Below the pieces are notes generated by a model that was not told the DNA's origin, did no database searches, and saw only the letters and a program-made list of their open reading frames with translations. Below, piece after piece: positions 56,756 through 60,064 of a stretch of DNA of 60,064 bases. Source of the DNA: Chloroflexota bacterium. GTDB lineage: Bacteria > Chloroflexota > Dehalococcoidia > Dehalococcoidales > SURF-40. A program made the translations under genes and the position numbers. The stretch lies in assembly GCA_043803245.1 (NCBI GenBank), contig JAZDKE010000011.1:1-60064 (forward strand), in the 5' to 3' direction. Each line of letters starts with the position of its first letter. Positions within the stretch are counted from its first letter, which is position 1.

Positions 56756-57736
56756 CTAGTCCGGTACGAAGGGCGAGCCTTCCCGCTCGAAGTCGGGCAA
56801 GTAGCTCTCCGCCGAGTCCATCGCCTGCACCCAGCCATTGGTGATACCGAATTCTTCCAGGAGACCGGCGGCCTCGCGGTATTCCTCATATGAAATCTGC
56901 CTCGAAAGCAGGGGGTGTCTGGGGGCGCGGTGCGCCGGCCGGTACTGCGACATGAGACTCACCGTAACGGATGGCGAGACCTCCCGCGCGAGCCACTCAA
57001 GCGACTTTCGGCTGCCGGCCAGGCCGTTAGGCAGGACCAGGTGGCGCACTACCAGACCGCGCTCGGCGAGGCCGTTCCCATCAACTTTCAGTTCCCCCAC
57101 CTGGCGGAACATCTCCTGGATGGCGGCGTGCGCCCGGGCGGGGTAGTCCGGCGCTCGCGATAATTTCCGCGCCCGGCTTTCGTCGGCGTATCTTAAATCG
57201 GGGAGATAGATGTCGATGACGCCCCGAAGCTCTTTAAGGGTAGCCACCGAGTCGTAACCACCGCTGTTATAGACCAGCGGCAGCTTCAGCCCCAGGGGCA
57301 CCGCTTTGAGCACCGCCCGCACCATTTGGGGCACAAAGTGCGAGGGCGAGACGAAATTGATGTTGTGGCAGCCTTCTGCCTGGAGCCGGAGCAGCTTCTC
57401 CGCCAGAGCGTCAAAGTCCATCTCGCCGGTTTTCAAAGCTACCCGGCCCTGGCTTATCTGGTGGTTCTGGCAGTAGAGGCACCGCATGTTGCAGCCCGAG
57501 AAAAAGACCGTACCCGAACCTTTGGTGCCGGAAAGCGCCGGTTCTTCGCCAAAATGGGCACAAGTTACCGCCACCGAGGGCAAATAACCCGCCCGGCAGA
57601 AGCCAGGCTCGCCCATTAACCGGTTAGTCCCGCACTCCCGCGGGCAGAGGTCGCAGGCACCGAGACGGGCCTCGAGCCGTTCCAGGCGGCGCTTTAATTC
57701 GCCGGAGCGGTATAGGGCTAAGTAACCGGCGGCCAC
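56756..57736 (-). CDS. radical SAM protein, PflX-like (putative activating enzyme, COG1313-type)
   Basis: GTG 57736 lies 1 nt after the ubiX stop. CDLCPRECGTNR then CNMRCLYCQN radical SAM CxxxCxxC. The ORF-track N-terminal 50 aa overlaps ubiX. Confidence 0.8.
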   Translation of the reverse strand: MAAGYLALYRSGELKRRLERLEARLGACDLCPRECGTNRLMGEPGFCRAGYLPSVAVTCAHFGEEPALSGTKGSGTVFFSGCNMRCLYCQNHQISQGRVALKTGEMDFDALAEKLLRLQAEGCHNINFVSPSHFVPQMVRAVLKAVPLGLKLPLVYNSGGYDSVATLKELRGVIDIYLPDLRYADESRARKLSRAPDYPARAHAAIQEMFRQVGELKVDGNGLAERGLVVRHLVLPNGLAGSRKSLEWLAREVSPSVTVSLMSQYRPAHRAPRHPLLSRQISYEEYREAAGLLEEFGITNGWVQAMDSAESYLPDFEREGSPFVPD

Positions 57737-57737
57737 G

Positions 57738-58313
57738 CTAGGCGGGTCCGGCCTCGCCGCCCTCCCAGCGCCGGTAGCACTGGTGCGCGATGCCGAACTG
57801 TTCCAGGACTTTGCCCACCGTCTGGTCAACGATGTCGCCGATGGTCCTGGGATGATGGTAGAAAGCCGGCATCGGCGGCAGGACAACCGCGCCGATTTCC
57901 GCGACCTGTGTCATGGCCCGCAGATGACCCAGGTGGAGGGGAGTTTCCCGCACCACGAGCACCAGTTTTCGCCTTTCTTTCAGGGTCACGTCCGCCGCCC
58001 GCGCCATCAGGTTGTGGCCGTAAGAGTTCGCCACCGCGGAAAGCGTCTTGATGCTGCAGGGAATAATCACCATGCCGTCGGTGGCAAACGAGCCGCTCGA
58101 GAGCCGGGCGGCGATATCCTCGTTCCGATAGTGAAAGGTGGCCAGGGCCTCTATCCGGCGGCGCGTCCAGTCGGTCTCCACCTTGATGGTGGTGGCCGCA
58201 GCTTCGCTGATGACCAGGTGAGTCTCAATGCCGGTAGTCTCTTTCAGCACCTGGAGCAGCCTGATGCCGTAGATGGCGCCGCTCGCGCCGGAAATCCCCA
58301 CGACCAGTTTCAC
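57738..58313 (-). CDS. ubiX: flavin prenyltransferase UbiX
   Basis: MKLVVGISGASGAIYG, IIPCSIKTLSAVA, LVLVVRETPL. Confidence 0.92.
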   Translation of the reverse strand: MKLVVGISGASGAIYGIRLLQVLKETTGIETHLVISEAAATTIKVETDWTRRRIEALATFHYRNEDIAARLSSGSFATDGMVIIPCSIKTLSAVANSYGHNLMARAADVTLKERRKLVLVVRETPLHLGHLRAMTQVAEIGAVVLPPMPAFYHHPRTIGDIVDQTVGKVLEQFGIAHQCYRRWEGGEAGPA

Positions 58314-58394
58314 TTTAGCCTCCTGTCACCTCAAGTGGCAACCTGGGCCGATATCAGGCGGTTCTGGCTATTATCATAGCACAATCCCGCCGGT

Positions 58395-59468
58395 TTACGC
58401 TGGCTGGTCGTGCGGGGGGAAGTACCGGCGCTGGAAACGGAGCGCCACGCTTACCAGGCTGATGAGCACCGGCACCTCCACCATCGGGCCGATGACGGCG
58501 GCAAAAGCCTGCCCGGAACCGATGCCGAATACCGCCACGGCCACGGCGATGGCCAGCTCGAAGTTGTTGCTCGCGGCGGTGAAGGCGATACTGGTGGTCT
58601 TCGAGTAGTCCGCCCCAATCTTTTTACCCAGGTAGAATGAGACCAGGAACATCAGCACGAAGTAGATGTGCAGCGGCACCGCGATGCGCAGCACGTCCAG
58701 CGGCAGCGCCACGATGACCCCGCCTTTAAGCGAGAACATGACCACGATGGTGAAGAGCAGGGCGGCCAGCGTAATCGGGCTAATCTTTGGGATAAATTTC
58801 CCCTCGTACCACGCTCGGCCTTTAGCCTTAATGAGGACGAAACGGGTAATGATACCGCCGAAGAAGGGTATGCCCAGGTAGATGAAGACGCTTCTGGCAA
58901 TCTCTCCCAGGGTAATCTCGACCACCGAGCCTTCCAGCCCGAACCACCGGGGCAGCACCGTGATAAAAACGTAAGCGTAGACGCTGTAGAAGACTATCTG
59001 GAAGACCGAGTTGAAGGCGACCAGTCCCGCGGCGTATTCCCGGTCACCCCTGGCCAGCTCGTTCCAGACGATGACCATGGCGATGCAGCGCGCCAGACCG
59101 ATTAGTATCAGCCCGACCATGTAGTCAGGGTGCGGCCAGATGAAGCCGAGAAACAGGATAGCCAGCAGGAACATCAGGATAGGCCCGATGACCCAGTTCT
59201 GCACCAGCGACAATCCCAGCACGCGCCAGTCGCGGAAGACGCGCCCCATCTCCTCGTACCTCACCTTGGCCAGCGGCGGGTACATCATCAGGATGAGGCC
59301 GACCGCGATGGGGATGGAGGTGGTGCCGACCGAGAAGCGCTCCAGGAAGGGGACGACGCCGGGGACGGCCCAGCCCGTGCCCACGCCGATGCCCATGGCG
59401 ATGAAGATCCACAGGGTGAGGTAGCGGTCGAGGAAGGAGAGTCGCGCGGCGACGCCTTGCTGGCTCAT
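58395..59468 (-). CDS. acr3: arsenite efflux permease ACR3
   Basis: Starts [22 protein letters not shown] at ATG 59468. MMYPPLAKV and multi-TM. The ORF-track 97-aa N-terminal extension is Arg/Pro/Gly-rich read-through. Confidence 0.88.
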   Translation of the reverse strand: MSQQGVAARLSFLDRYLTLWIFIAMGIGVGTGWAVPGVVPFLERFSVGTTSIPIAVGLILMMYPPLAKVRYEEMGRVFRDWRVLGLSLVQNWVIGPILMFLLAILFLGFIWPHPDYMVGLILIGLARCIAMVIVWNELARGDREYAAGLVAFNSVFQIVFYSVYAYVFITVLPRWFGLEGSVVEITLGEIARSVFIYLGIPFFGGIITRFVLIKAKGRAWYEGKFIPKISPITLAALLFTIVVMFSLKGGVIVALPLDVLRIAVPLHIYFVLMFLVSFYLGKKIGADYSKTTSIAFTAASNNFELAIAVAVAVFGIGSGQAFAAVIGPMVEVPVLISLVSVALRFQRRYFPPHDQPA

Positions 59469-59857
59469 GCTGGTTCTTCGGAACGCTGGAAGGGAGAGAG
59501 ACAGGCGGGCGACTGGGCCTTGGCCTCCCGCACCGCGGACAGCCGGGCCGAGATGTCGGCCAGCCGCTCGGGTGGAAACGTCGCCGCGAGGACGCCGATC
59601 AAGCTGGCGACCAACGGATCGGGCGCGGGCACCACGCGGTAGTGGACCCACATCCCGGCGCGCTGGCCCTCGACGAAGCCCGCCTGGGCCAGGAGGGTGA
59701 GGTGGCGCGAGGCGCGGGACTGCGAGATCCCCAGCACCGCCTCGACGTCGCAGACGCACATCTCCCCGTGGTGGAGGAGCAGGGCGAGGATGTCCAGCCT
59801 CGAAGGCTCGGAGAGGGCCTTGAAGCGGGCGGCGAGCGGGCGGGGTGTGGGGTTCAT
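59465..59857 (-). CDS. arsR: ArsR/SmtB family metalloregulator
   Basis: [27 protein letters not shown] (CVC As(III) site) and [19 protein letters not shown]. Overlaps the acr3 ATG by 4 nt. Confidence 0.9.
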   Translation of the reverse strand: MNPTPRPLAARFKALSEPSRLDILALLLHHGEMCVCDVEAVLGISQSRASRHLTLLAQAGFVEGQRAGMWVHYRVVPAPDPLVASLIGVLAATFPPERLADISARLSAVREAKAQSPACLSPFQRSEEPA

Positions 59858-59907
59858 GGACCGGGCTTATGCGTGCATCCGCAAAAGCGCAAGGCCGGAC
59901 GGGCCAG

Positions 59908-60064
59908 TCAGGGCTCCCGGGCCACGGTCAGCTCCCTGCCGAGCACGTCCACGATCCGGATCGCGATCCTGCCTGAACTCTCGGGCGCGAACAGCCGGTA
60001 CGCGCCGGCCACCAGCCCGCGGCGCGCCGGCACGTCGGCCAGGACCACGTCGAAGAGGTCCCCC
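59908..60064 (-). CDS. 3' end of an unidentified gene (52 C-terminal codons; start lies beyond the window)
   Basis: Minus-strand frame reads [51 protein letters not shown] then TGA (59908-59910). Very GC3-rich. Confidence 0.4.
   Translation of the reverse strand, partial: GDLFDVVLADVPARRGLVAGAYRLFAPESSGRIAIRIVDVLGRELTVAREP

Overview
About 60 kb of bacterial chromosome, roughly 60% GC by hand counts of sample lines. Frequent GTG/TTG starts and the gene content (NrpR-like repressor, DUF5679 zinc ribbon, AOR, cobalamin salvage genes) suggest a Chloroflexota/Dehalococcoidia-like organism, but I cannot verify that here.

The core (18.5-38.6 kb) is a complete, co-linear ribosomal super-operon on the + strand: rpsL-rpsG-fusA, with no tuf, then S10, spc and alpha operons through rplQ, followed by truA-rplM-rpsI.

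Left arm: glnA (5' truncated) with an archaeal-type NrpR-like regulator. selD has an N-terminus hidden behind an in-frame TGA (selenocysteine). A TetR-flanked redox cluster holds an SDR, two diverged and inverted FAD/FeS/FAD three-gene cassettes, and a tungsten-type aldehyde:ferredoxin oxidoreductase. One cassette gene is broken by a +1 frameshift in a C5 run. A low-GC single-gene island carrying a GIY-YIG (T5orf172) homing-endonuclease-like gene sits between the cassettes.

Right arm: housekeeping genes (dtd, nadC, yajC, miaB, pyrD, yggS, ruvC/ruvA, yebC, cobC/cobS, ccdA, Crp/Fnr plus ferredoxin, ubiX, arsR-acr3) and four tRNAs. A second low-GC island next to the tRNA cluster encodes a proteasome/HslV-like Ntn-hydrolase candidate. 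An rnhA-mutS2-VLRF1 (Vms1-like peptidyl-tRNA hydrolase) operon looks like a bacterial ribosome-quality-control module.

No rRNA, CRISPR array or transposase was seen. Most long ORFs antisense to these genes are high-GC shadow ORFs.
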